DNA of 64,000 nt from the human T2T-CHM13v2.0 reference genome, Homo sapiens, in assembly GCF_009914755.1 (NCBI RefSeq), contig NC_060926.1. The stretch is one strand, 5' to 3'. Made by a program: the position numbers and the translations under genes. Shown piece after piece: positions 30,235 through 42,429 of this stretch. The notes beneath the pieces were generated by a model. It made no database searches. It was given only the letters and a program-made list of their open reading frames with translations, and was not told the DNA's origin. How positions within the stretch are numbered: position 1 is the first letter of the stretch; every line of letters starts with the position of its first letter.

Positions 30235-31817
30235 GTTTGTCACAGAATTCCAAGGCACCCAGAGACCCTGCTCACTCAGATCCCGTCCCTTTACTAGTTA
30301 TCCATATGTAAAGGATCTGTTCTTTATTGAGTTCTGTCTGTCTTTGACAGTCTGTGGCATGCCATGATAAAGTTCTTTTTAAAATACCAAGTTTATTGAA
30401 AAGATAGTCTTGTGTTAGAACTTGTAAAACTCACAAACCTTTCAGCCTGGGCTTTGAAGCAAAAAAGGAAGGTTTAGAATTACAATATAGACTCCCATCA
30501 AATAGGTGTTGACAACTCCAGACATTAAGCCTTCTGGGTTATTCCTCACTCCCTGCCTTCTGATTTTTATCCCATTCTCTCATCATCTGTATTATATACA
30601 AACAATGGGATGAATGTTTTTTCTTGGAAGGAATAAATACTGGAAGGATGTTTCATAGGTGGAATTTTTAGTCTTAGAGAGAACATCAGTAATTTATCTT
30701 CAGTTTTAGTTTAAATGGAAGGAGTATTTGAGGAGCTCCTGGATCCCACAGAAGAACTTGAAATCCTCTCTCCCCATTGCTCTCGAACTCTGCATACAGC
30801 AGCTGCCTCCAAAAAGTCCCCATTTCCATGACCCTAAATTCTCAAATTCTTCTGACCACCTCTCTTCCCCACCCTCCCAACCTACCTGGACCTATTTTCT
30901 GCTAGTATATTTTGTTCTTTATTATACAAATCCCACCTGCCCTCAAGGAACTGATTCATAGACCTGCACTCCTTCCTTTTAGGGGGAATGTTTCAGTCAC
31001 TTATAGTTTCATAAATTCCTTTCATTTCTGTCACAGGTGGAGGGGAGGGAACCCAGGGAGTAAGAGACCACCCCACAGAGCATCCACTCTATTAGAAGAC
31101 CATGTGGCACCCACACGAACTCCAGCAGACATTTTCTGAAGTGGAACGTGTCTTTCAACAAACTAGCATTTTGTTCATAACATTCTAAGCAGTCCCTGGT
31201 ATATTTGAATGAAGCTTTTGTTTCACTTACATGTATTTTCAAGGGGAAATAAGTGAGTAAAATAAAATATTTGATTTACAGCGGTTAAGATGGTTAAATG
31301 CAAACGTCTTTGGCTTGCCCCTCTTTCCCCTCCATATTGTTTTCCCCTGCTCTCCCTCCTATTCAGTGAGATAGCCTGTTGTTCACGGATTCTAATGGGA
31401 TTTTATTTACCGCCTGGTGGAAACAGTTGAAAAAAAATTACACAATTGGAACAATTCAAGCATTTTGAAACATTCTCTTGGCAGTTTTTTTTTCTTTTTT
31501 TTGGCAACTAGGATACGCCTGCTCAAAACATTTTTAATGTTTTACCTTCATGGGCTCCGCATTTGCCAGTGTAAATGTTTCCAAATTGTTCTCTTGATTT
31601 CATTCTTAAGACCCTAGGCAATGAATATAACATATGTATATATGTACGCACATGTGTATATACATATATGAGTGTATATATAAAGAGAAATTACTCTTGT
31701 TCTTTGGTTTAAAAATAACAATGATTTCTTGCAAAGAGAAATCATAATTGTGAAGCTACAGTTATCAGAAGCCAGCTAATTGAATTCCACTGAGAACTAT
31801 TAGAGTCATATACAGTA

Positions 31818-31853
31818 ATGATGATGATGATTATCATCATCATCATCATCATC
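31818..31853. repeat. (ATG)n-(ATC)n inverted trinucleotide microsatellite
   Basis: atgatgatgatgat-t-atcatcatcatcat(cat)2c. Confidence 0.9.
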
Positions 31854-32369
31854 TCAAAACTTGCCTTGGCATTCATAAGAAATCTCATGATAGCAATATA
31901 TTTTAGAAATGTGGACATAACTAGTTCTTTTTATTTTCTTTTTAACATTTCAACAAAGTGGGACTTAGAACTCAGCATCTCCTGGGTCCTACATAAGTAA
32001 TTTAATGTGAAACTTAAAGATGTAAAAAGAGAGTTTAACAGGATAAATGGGTTCTGGCAATACAAGGTAGTGGGTTAGTAATGTAAGTTAATGATATATA
32101 ACTTTCAATAAAGCTTTTAGAGTTTTTCATATTTGCAGACTATTTACAATTTTTTTATTAATAGTTCTGCAAAACAACTTGTTTGGAATAAATTTATTTT
32201 GTATCTCTTCTTCAATGACATAAGAAGGTTAAATTAGCCCAATCATGCAAAACAGTGAGAGAGTCAAAATTTAGGGGATTTCTGTTTCAGTTTCCTTCTT
32301 CCCTTAAGATTTTTGTCTCTGATACTTTTTTAAAAAAATTTTAAATTTTTGCTGTATCTAGGAGACCTA

Positions 32370-32540
32370 ATGTAAGATATTGGAACAAGCAGTTGTCTCT
32401 AGACTTGTTTCTGCCATTGTTGACATTTACTTAATTTTTTGATGTTGCATAAGTTATTTAATTTCTTTTGCAATCAGTTTCCTCACCTGTAGAATGAGGA
32501 GACTGGACTAGGTGATTTCCTAAGTCCCTTTTAGCTGTCT
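32370..32540 (+). mobile_element. MIR3/MIRc fragment
   Basis: cagtttcctcacctgtagaatgagg..actggactaggtgattt. Confidence 0.6.
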
Positions 32541-33179
32541 GAACACTGCTTTTCATCGGTGAAGTTACAACTGGCCTCCTTCAAGAATGTAGAGTACTAG
32601 ACCATTATCACATGAGTTACAGATAAGGTCTGGGGAATTACATAAAGTCATTTACTGTAATTGGCTTGCAGTACTCTGTGAGTACCACATAATAATGCTA
32701 TTTTATTATTCAGTGTGTTAGAGGTTACAGATTCCCCAGTTGCCAGAGATGTGATGAATCCCCTTGGCCTTGGCAAACAGACTGCTTTCATGAGTTGCAC
32801 TGCACATGGTTATAAACCCAATGGCTTTCTGAGCTAATGTGCAAGGTAATGCCATCTTCCAAATGAAAAAAAAGTTGCATTTACCCATTCCTCTAACGAG
32901 AATATATTTCTCCTCACTTTAAAAATAACTCCATTACCAAATGCAAATATGCATAATGAGATGGAATTATTTCCAAATTTATACACTATATAGTTTTTCT
33001 AGTGTAAGTAAACTGTTGCTATGAAACCAAAAACTAAGAACTTTACTGCCCCTTTTGTAGTCTAATTACTTAAAAATGAACAAAGAATGGTTTTATTCTG
33101 TGCTTTTTTTAAAGCAAGAAAATATATATCAGTATATAACAATAGTGATCTTGAATAAAGGAAATGTGTTTTTAAGATA

Positions 33180-34490
33180 TAGATGGGGCAAATTTTTCTT
33201 ATCAGACTAATGGCACTACAGATGACAATTACAAACTCTGAACAAAATATAAAGTGAACTATTTGAAGGCATTTGAGAGCAATAAAAAGCAGACTGAAAT
33301 TGGAGGGAAGTTAACTAAAGAAAGAAGGGACCCCCAAACATCTATATATAAACTCTTCCCAAATTTCTTGGCTGATCCTGGGGAGACTCCAAAGTTCCTA
33401 GTGAAAAGCAACAGCTGGAAAGCTGAAAGAACTGAGCTATTGCACACTATAGAGGAAAGATAATTTGGAGTTTGAATCTAGCCAAGTAACTGCCTGGGCA
33501 ACAAAATAATTAACATTATTTAGAGTAAGATAGAGAGTCTCCGCAAAATAATATTCATGAAATACTGTACCTAATAATAACCATGAGAAGAAGAGGAAAT
33601 TTGACTCATAGAGAAGAGATAAAACAATCAGTAGAAAACAGCTCTAAGATGACTGAAGATGTTGGAATTAGTGCACAAGACTTAAAAAGCATATATATAT
33701 AAATATGCCCAAGGACTTAAAATATGATCTTAATGAAACAAAAGATGGGGGAATTTTTAATAGAAAAATAGAAAACATTAAAAAACAGGTGGAAGTTTGA
33801 AAGGGTAAGTGGCCTTGAAGATAGATCAATATTAATTATTTAATCTAGAAAACAAAGAGAAAAATTATTAAAGAAAAATGAATAAAATCTCAGTGCTGTT
33901 GGAGTAATGTCATGTAATTTAACATATATGTAATTGTAGTCTCAGAAGGTAAGAAGAGAGCAAATGTAACAAGAAAAATGTTTAAAGAGATAGTATTAGA
34001 CAGTCTTGCAGATTAGGTGAAAAACATAAATTTAGAGATCAAAGAAGCTCAGTAAACCCCAGGCAAGATTAATAAAAAGGAAACCACACCTGGGCACTGC
34101 ATAATAAAACAACTGAAAACCAAAGATAAAGGAAAATCTTGAGAGCAGCCAGAGTCATAAGACATATTACATAGATTGGAACAATAGTACAAATGATCAC
34201 TTCTCATCAGGTACAAAGTAGGTCATAAAATGGTGGAATGACATTTTTAAAGTGCTAGAAAATAAACTATCTATACTCAGAATTCTGTATCCAAAGAAAA
34301 ATCCTCCAAAAATGAAGGTGAAATAAGATATTTTCATAAAAATGAAAATGGAGACAATTTGTTGTAGTACATCTCTACAGCAAGAATTTCTGAAGGAATT
34401 TCTTTAGGCTTAAGGAGAAGGACACTGGATGGGAACTCAATATAATAGAGTGGTGTGGGGTTTATTACAAACATAGATGTAATATATGTA
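33180..34490 (+). mobile_element. Ancient L1 (L1MC/MD/ME) 5' region with decayed ORF1
   Basis: A-rich; ORF1 motifs caaagaagctcagtaaacccca...aaaccacacct...aaaatcttgagagcagccagag and agaattctgtatcca...aaaaatgaaggtgaaataaga. Confidence 0.8.
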
Positions 34491-34782
34491 AAAATGTAAG
34501 ATTTTTGCAACAAATGCTATTGGGATCTCAAGAATTGTGAGTTCTGCCAACCTATTATCCTGACAAGAACGACAACAGGATCATTGGTGGCAATTTTAAT
34601 GGTGCTTTGTAGTTTTCAGAGTTTTTAAAGTGTATGTTGGTTTATTCTTAGAGTCATTCTCACAGGATTATTTGGGAGAGGAATTTAGCAGATGATGTTG
34701 TGAAAATCCACTTGTAAGAGAATGGAAAGGAATTGGTGGTGATGGGTGTAGGTAGATCACATATGAGAGTGACAGAAAGTAG

Positions 34783-34928
34783 CTGAGCACAGGAAAGTGC
34801 ATAATTTTAGTTCTAGCTACTCAGAAGGCTGAGGCAGGAGGATAACTTGAGGCCAGGAGTTCAAGGCCAGCCTAGGCAACGTAGTGAGACCCTCATCTCT
34901 TTAAAACAAATCAAAACTAAAAAAAGAG
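34783..34928 (+). mobile_element. FLAM/AluJ monomer
   Basis: gctactcagaaggctgaggcaggaggataacttgaggccaggagttcaag...A-tail. Confidence 0.8.
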
Positions 34929-35081
34929 AAAGTGATAGCAGGTGGTGGTGGTGGTTTTCTATCTGAGAAGTCCTGCTCTGATAACTTGGTGACTCTTATA
35001 GGGTAGAAGGAGTGGGGATGGAAGGGAGAGGAAGATACTGATAAACCCAATCCTAGTAGAAACAATGGCTCTAGTAATTTT

Positions 35082-35146
35082 TTCTATAGAATCATATATG
35101 CCTACAGGTTCTATAGAATCATATTTGCCTATAGATTCTGTAATCA
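35082..35146. repeat. 27-bp tandem duplication (ttctatagaatcatat.tgccta.ag.) x2.4
   Basis: Units start at 35082 and 35109, with a partial unit at 35136. Confidence 0.85.
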
Positions 35147-35739
35147 AAACTTTCTTGAAGGAGTCTTGATGTTAAAAATTATTCTGCTTTAATGTATCCA
35201 CCGTGGTCTCTAAACTTTTAAATTGTGTATGTTTATCAGCTAAAATGTTTCAATATTACCCTATATATGCATCTTTTAAGGCAACATATTAATAATATAA
35301 AGCATCCTAAAAATAGTTCAAGTGGATGAAATAACATAACTACAGATAAAATAAAAGTCAATATGTAAAGTTCTAGTATTTTTCTCTTGTATCCCAGCAT
35401 TGTATTTTGTACTGTTTGGGTATGGTGCCTAGTTTGAAGACCCCTGCAGTGACAATCAAGCGGGATCATTGGAGTTATTTTGTTTCTGATCATCTGTTTA
35501 TGCATTTATGTATGAAATACACATATCATTTTACGCCACTGGAATACCATGTTTTTAAAAAAATCATAGACATTGTTAAAATTCAACTTTATTTTGTTTT
35601 TTAGCTTTTCCCACTTTATAATGGTACCACTCTCCTTCACAAATAAGTAGTATTAATAATGTGGTGGATAACCTGTGTTTTTCTTCTGTCTATATAATTA
35701 TCTTTAACTTTTTTAGTGCTTAATAAACAATAAGGATAT

Positions 35740-36460
35740 AGTATGTTAATGTTTCTACACCTTGATTTTCTCACTTAAAATACAGCATAGAAGTTCCTCC
35801 CTAGCATTGACAGGATTCATTTTTAGTGGTTATATAGCACTCCATTTTGTAAATGTGCTGATTTATTGAATGAATCTTCTGTTAATGAATATTTAGTTTC
35901 TGGTAGTTTTTCTTTTTGCTGTTATAAACAGTCATTTAATAACCATGTTAAATATATATCCTTACATACTAGACTATTATTTCTTAAAGAATGTGATTAG
36001 TAGGTCAATGAGTACATCAGTTTTTGATTTAACTTTTTACAGATTGGTTTCCAAAGTCTGTTACAATTCTTGTTTCTATTAGGGATTCCAGAGTATACTT
36101 CTCCCCCGACTTTATATCCCCATGACAATAGTTCTTTTAAGAAAAATTATTTGCTAATTAATTAGCAAGGTGAGTGCAAATGTAATCTCGTTATGATTGC
36201 CTTTTCCTCAGTACTGGTGCGGGTGGGCATTGTTTCATATATCACAGTCATTTAGATTTATTTAGTGAATTGCTTATTCATGTCCTTTGTCCATTTTCCT
36301 ATTGGGCTTTGTTTTATTTGCATTGAATCACCAATTTGTCTTGTTATCACTTTGTGGGAAACTTCTGTATCTTATGCCCTAATTTTTCATGTGCATTGCA
36401 GATATTTTTCAAATGTATTATTTAACTATTAACTTTATGGTGTCTTTTTATATATAAATG
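35740..36460 (-). mobile_element. L1ME-type antisense fragment
   Basis: gtgaattgcttattcatgtcctttgtccattttcctattggg and similar motifs. Confidence 0.65.
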
Positions 36461-36466
36461 ATTTTT

Positions 36467-36757
36467 TTCTGAGACAGAGTCTCACTCTGTTGCCCAGGCT
36501 AAGTGCAGTGGTGCGATCTCGGCTCACTGCAACTTCTGCCTCCTGAGTTCTAGTGATTCCCCTGCCTCAGCCTCCTGAGCAGCTTGGACTACAGGCGCAT
36601 GCCACCACACCCAGTGAATTTTGTATTTTTTTTTTTTAAGTAGAGACGGTGTTTCACCTGTTGGCCAGGCTGGTCTCGAACTCCTGACCTCAGGTAATCC
36701 GCCCACCTTGGCCTTCCAAAGTGCTGAGATTACAGGTGTGAGCCACCGCGCCTGGCC
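36467..36757 (-). mobile_element. AluS
   Basis: Antisense Alu; TSD-like aaatgattttt on both sides. Confidence 0.95.
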
Positions 36758-38544
36758 CACAAATGATTTTTACTTTATAAAGTCAATATATTTTTTCCGA
36801 AAGTCAAACTTGCATTATTTGCTTAGAAATTCCAATGCAAAGTAGGGCAACTAGCCTCAGAGCAAGGCTCTCCTGGTATATATGGGAACTGTAGAGGCAC
36901 TACCTTCACCATGTTCTCTGAACAGACCTACCAAGTTGAGGCTTAAATTGGGTACATACCCAACTGAAGTTTGGCTATGAGTCCTGTTGTTCTAGTATAA
37001 GAAGATTTACTTGTTCAGATTTTGCAGCTTCTCATATAATTTTGTACTTGTGCTCCAGACATATTGAAATAAGCCATATATTTTTTTCTCCAGATATATT
37101 GGCTTTAGGGGAAAAAAACCCTCCAACATTTTCAGCAGTGTTAGAGGATCTTGCAGGTCCTGTAGGGCAGTAGATATTTTGTTTCAGCTGGATCAAGCCC
37201 TAAAAGGGGATTGGAACAGATGTTTGAATTTGGTTAAATGCTTTCAATATTTATTACTTAGGTGACCTAGTTTAGCAGCAATTGTAATAGAAAAAAAACA
37301 AGGCCATTTGAGAAAAACAGAGTTTCTTGCATTCACCTTAAAAATTGAAAGAATTTTCCCTTTTTATTTAGTTTATTTTATTTAGCTTGAATGTGGGAAA
37401 ATAAAACCCTGAGAGATTCTCTTCCTAATTTGAACAGATATCTACTTGTATATTACATTTAAAAAATTTTCCCGTATGAAATATTTTTTTGGTGTGACTG
37501 GAGAACAGTTTTGGAGCTACAGTTCTTGATGTGCTAGTTGAACTCTGAAAGCTGGAGGACTATAGAGATATCTCATAGAGTCCTGTACTTCATAAATGAA
37601 GAGACTGAGACTTAGAGGAATTTGGTAACATTTGAGTTAGGGCTCTCAGAGATTCAGCGGCACGGGCAGATGGATGATTTGAGTTTCCCAGATCCTGTGT
37701 AGTACTGTTTATTCTTCCCCTGTGTTGAGCACCATGTGCCACGTGGATGCCTGTCCTGGAGAAGTAGGTGCTTGGGTCCTCCTACCCATTGGATTTATCC
37801 TTGACTCTGTGGGTGCCTCTCATAGTGCTTTAGTGTCAGGAAGGTGCTGGCTAGTAAGAGGGAAAATTGTGAACGAACAGCTTCTCTGACATCTTCCCAC
37901 TACCTTTTCCATTCTTCTAGGCTTAAAGGTCACAAGGGGGAATAGATAAAATTAGCATCCGAAACCAAAATCCATGACTGTCTCTTGCTTCCATTAGGGT
38001 GCGAGGTGGAGAGTTCAATAAAACAATCATGTAAATCAACCACTACAGCAATGCAGTGGGAGAATAATCTGGGGAGTGAGCAAAATTAGGCAGGAGAGTT
38101 CTCCCAGGTAAGTGGATAAAGGTTATGTCTGACATCTGGCAAACTGGATGTTAATTCCTCACAATGCGATAAGAGGAGCATCACTGGAGAGCATAACGTG
38201 TTCCGGCTACAGAGACTGACAGCTCATGCTGTGGTTCATGGGAACAGCTAAGTGAAGAGTGCGAGAGTGCAGGAGGAGTAAAAATGAAGTTGATAACATG
38301 TGGGATAGAAGTATATACCTAGCTGCTACTCCAGAATTGGCATCTCAAATGGTTACCTAAAAGGGGATAAAGACATATTTGAAATTGGCTGAGATGAACA
38401 AGACTTGACACTGTGTCATCCAGAAATATGAAGGATGGGGGCAGGGGGGGCAAGAAACCCAGCTTCTTTTTCCCTCATTCACTGTGGTACCTGACTTTTT
38501 TTTTTTCAAGGAATCTAGGGTATAATTGCCTTTTTTATGTAGTT

Positions 38545-39145
38545 TTAAAAAATTTTTGTAAAGTATATGTAATGTAAAACTTGCCATCTTAACCATTTTC
38601 ATTGTACAGTTCATGGAAGTACATGCACCGTGCTGTGCAACCATCACTACTTTCTGTTTCCAGAACTTTTCATCACCCCAAGGAGAAACTCTACCTATTA
38701 AACAGTAATTCTCTCTCTCTCTCCCCCAACCCCTGGTGATAACCTCTACTCTATTTTCTGTCTATAAATCTGCCTATTTCAGAGACCTCATAGAAGTGGA
38801 ATCAAATCATACAGCATTTGTCCTTTTATGTCTGTCTTATTTCACTTAGCATGATGTTTTCAAGGTTCATCTGTGTTGTAGCCTGTGTTAGAGTTTCATT
38901 TCTTTTTAGGATTAGATAATATTCCATTGCATGGACAAACCACATTTTGTTTGTTCTTTGTCCCAGGACATTTGGGTTGTAGGTTCTGCCTTTTTGCTGT
39001 TATGAATAATGCTGCAGTGAACAGTGGAACATAAGTATGTTTGAGACCCTGCTTTCAGTGCTTAGGAGAAGAATTGCCAAATTATATGGTAATTCTGTGC
39101 TTAATAGCTTTTTGAAGAGCTGCAAAACTGATTTTTCACAGTGCT
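38545..39145 (-). mobile_element. L1MB-type 3' end
   Basis: ccatcttaaccatttt...ccagaactttt.catcacccca...tttcacttagcatgatgttttcaaggttcatc. Confidence 0.85.
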
Positions 39146-40242
39146 TGTAGGGCTAGGTTCCTTGACTCTTACAAACTCATTAGGTATTAAGGAGTGTGAA
39201 CAGCTGACCCTAGGATTGCTGAATGGGGCTTTGCAAATTCTGAGCTCATTGTTTACAAATAACTTCAAAAAAAATTTTAAGTGAAGCTTATATTTAATGA
39301 AACTTTAGAAAGTAAGCTTTGCTTTTTTCTTAACTGTACACTTAGGCAGTCTTTGAATAGAAATCTAATATTATCAGAGGGATGAAATTCTGTTTTTGTT
39401 TTGTCGTTATTGGAAGAGGAGTGAAAGAATTGAATATCAGGTATTGTGCTAGATATTTTCACCCATCATAAAAAGAAATCACTCATCCTTATCGTTTCTG
39501 CATTAACTTTGTGAGGCGATGTTATTACCCTTATATCACTATGAAGGAGTTGAGGTAATTCTTCCCTTCCTTCCCATGATAAGTGGTAGAGCTCAGGTTT
39601 GGTTCTTAGAATTCAGTTAAAAAGTCTCGTGATTGGCATTTCCCCAATAGGCTAGGAGCCTTAATTACTCAACTGTTTACATTTTGAATTTTTTTTTGGA
39701 TTGTATTAGTTAGGTTTTCTCTGGCCCTTGTTAGTTTAGATAAATAGGAGATGGCTACAATTTCTTTTTAATTTGGTTTTAGATAAGCTCTCCTCAGTAA
39801 CCAAATGTAGTAGCTCGTTTTTTGAGAAACTCAGGAGTTTAGTTATTAACAATATCTCTTTCAATGGTTGCTTGTTAAATAACTTACTCAGTTCAAGGTT
39901 TTGATGATTTGGGTGTACTGTGCTTTTCAGAATTTTTGAACACAGTTACCTCATCCTTTGCAGATAGGATATCTGCTTTTTTTAGCACGTAGCTTTGACA
40001 ATTAAACATAGAAGAGAAGAGGATATGTCTTGTGTCCAGGCAACTTGAGTATAGGGCCACCTCTCTGGCCTAATGGGGCATCCAGAGGACACATTTGGAG
40101 GTTGTGCAGTTTTGATCTCCTCCTTCTCCAGGGTCGAAATTTCTGTGTGCCTGGCCTCATCATCTCTGTAAACCTGTCTGTCATTGGCTCTTCATTCATA
40201 TCTGTTGTAATAGTTTGGTGATAGTAGCCCACGTTTAGAGCG

Positions 40243-40459
40243 CTAGTTTTCAACCATGGAACTATTGATATATTGGGCCAGGTACTTTTTCTGTTGGGGT
40301 GGGGGGCTGTTCTGTGCATTATAGGATACTTAGTGTCATCCCTGGCTTTTTCCCAGTAGATGCCAGGCTGCCATCTCCAAGTCTTGACACTTAAAAATGT
40401 CTCCAGACATTGCCAAGTGTCCCTGAGAAGCAAATACAGCCCCTGGTTAAGAACCACTG
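40243..40459. mobile_element. MER20 hAT MITE
   Basis: ggctgttctgtgcatt.taggat...aaatgtctccagacattgccaa...ggttaagaaccactg. Confidence 0.85.
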
Positions 40460-40745
40460 GTAAAGGAAGATTTGGAATTACTTGGTTGTGTTGATCATGT
40501 TTCTTAATGACCATTACTAAAAATCCCTTATTTTCTATATTTTTTCCCTCAAATATCTACCTTCTTTCATTTTAATTTCTCAATCCCTTTTGTCTCTTTC
40601 ATCTCATTTAGTCGAAGACAATTTTTATTGGTCTTTCTCTTATATTTTCATTTCTCCCATTTTCCTGACTTTGTGTTTGCTCCTTTCATTTTACTTTTGC
40701 TGTGTTTTTCTGGCATACTCTGGTTTTCCCATATTCTTTACTGGC

Positions 40746-41492
40746 AGTCTGTATATGCTGTTTGTATGCACTGTCCGTATGCACAGTCTGTATGCTGAAT
40801 GCACAGTCTATATGTTGTATGCACTGTCTGTAAGCTGTACGCATTGTCTGTATGCAGTCTGTATGCTGTATGCACTGTCTGTATGCACAATCTGTAATGC
40901 TCTGTATGCACTGTCTGTATGCTGTATGCACTGTGTATGCACAGTCTGTATGCTGTATTCATTGTCGGCATAGTCTGTATGCTGTATGCACTGTCTGTAT
41001 GCACAGTCTCTATGTTGTATACACAGTCTGTATGCTGTATGCATTGTCTGTATGCATAGTCTGTATGTTGTATGCACTGTCTGTATGCATAATCTGTATG
41101 CTGTATGCACTGTTTGTATGCAGATTCTCTATGCTGTGTGCACTGTCTGTATGCACAATCTCTATGTTGTATACACAGTCTGTATGCATAGTCTGTATGC
41201 TGTATGCACTGTCTGTATGCAGTCTCTATGTTGTATATATAGTCTGCTGTATGCGCTGTCTGTATGCAGTCTCTATGTTGTATACAGTCTGTATGCTGTA
41301 TGCACTGTATGCACAGTCTCTATGTTGTATACACAGTCTTTATGCTGTATGCATTGTCTGTATGCATAGCCTGTATGCCGTATACATTGTCTGTACGCAT
41401 AGTCTGTATGCTGTATGCATTGTCTGTATGCATAGTTTGTATGCTGTATGCACCATGTGTGTAGTCTGTATGCTGTTTGCATTGTCTGCATG
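40746..41492. repeat. Higher-order minisatellite of 13-bp (gtctgtatgcaca) and 20-bp (gtctgtatgctgtatgcact) units, 33-bp superunit
   Basis: Directly visible; gives the 11-aa periodicity (LYAVCTVCMHS) in the overlapping ORFs. Confidence 0.92.
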
Positions 41493-41603
41493 TGCTTCCC
41501 TTTAGTCTCTTCATCAGCAGCCTGTTACCTCCTAATTCTGTTTTGGTCTGATAGGTAATTCCATATGGATGGGGTCATGGACCATAAATCCTTGTCTCCG
41601 TTT

Positions 41604-41605
<2 letters not shown>

Positions 41606-41649
<44 letters not shown>
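41606..41649. repeat. (TG)~22 microsatellite
   Basis: Pure GT run. Confidence 0.97.
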
Positions 41650-41652
<3 letters not shown>

Positions 41653-42429
41653 GCTGCCATGTGGCATCTTCCTAATGGTTTGCTTATTCTTTGCCATTCC
41701 CTATGTGCATATTGCCCTTGAGCACTCTCCAGGGGGAAGAGATTTTCTGCATCAAATCATAGCTGACACTTTAATTTACTTGAATGCCCATCCTGCTTGT
41801 TGAGTAGCATTCACCCATCCTTCTCAACAACTTGAAGGCAGGCAGGGTGCAATTGATCACTTGAATTTTGTGGAGAAGAACTGGCCCTGGCAGCCTGAAG
41901 GTGACCCCTGCACTTTCCTCCTGAATCCCTGTTTCCTCTTCTGCTTTTTCTTACTCCTGATTATAAAACTAAGGACCCTCAACACAGGGGAACGGGTTAG
42001 ATTGTGTTGGACTGGACTTCTGTGGGAAACTTTTTGTGGCCTATTGGGGGTTCCTTTCTGTGAGGTCCAAAGCCCTTTTCTTAACTGGAAAGGGCCTTGT
42101 GTTCTGCCAGATCCTCCCACCCTCTCTGCAGGTCAAATAATGGATTTAGTAGAAATATGGAAAAGTTTAGTCTGTCTGTGCGCCAAAAATTGCCACTAGG
42201 AAGGCAGCAGTGTAAACAGTGTGTGACTAATTCTTTCTTTTAAGGAAAGCAGTTTTATGCGATTGTTTCCCTGCTGCTAACAAAGATACAGAGGTTTCCT
42301 CAGATTCAAGTCTTTAGATGGCCAGCCACACCCCAGCCTCTGGCCTGTTTCTCTTGTTCTTTCTTTTCTGTGTGTCACTAGTATCTCCCCATCACATAAT
42401 ATGCAGTCATATTTTGGCTCCTACCATTC

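Noticed and set aside
40002-40514. 170-aa minus-strand ORF
   Set aside because: Spans a MER20; no recognisable domain.
40746-41492. CRISPR-like repeat array
   Set aside because: No unique spacers, units abut directly, no cas genes, and the context is a primate intron.
40590-41514. Cluster of long overlapping Cys-rich ORFs (up to 217 aa) on both strands
   Set aside because: Translation artefact of the TGTATG minisatellite, which is stop-poor in most frames; no gene structure.
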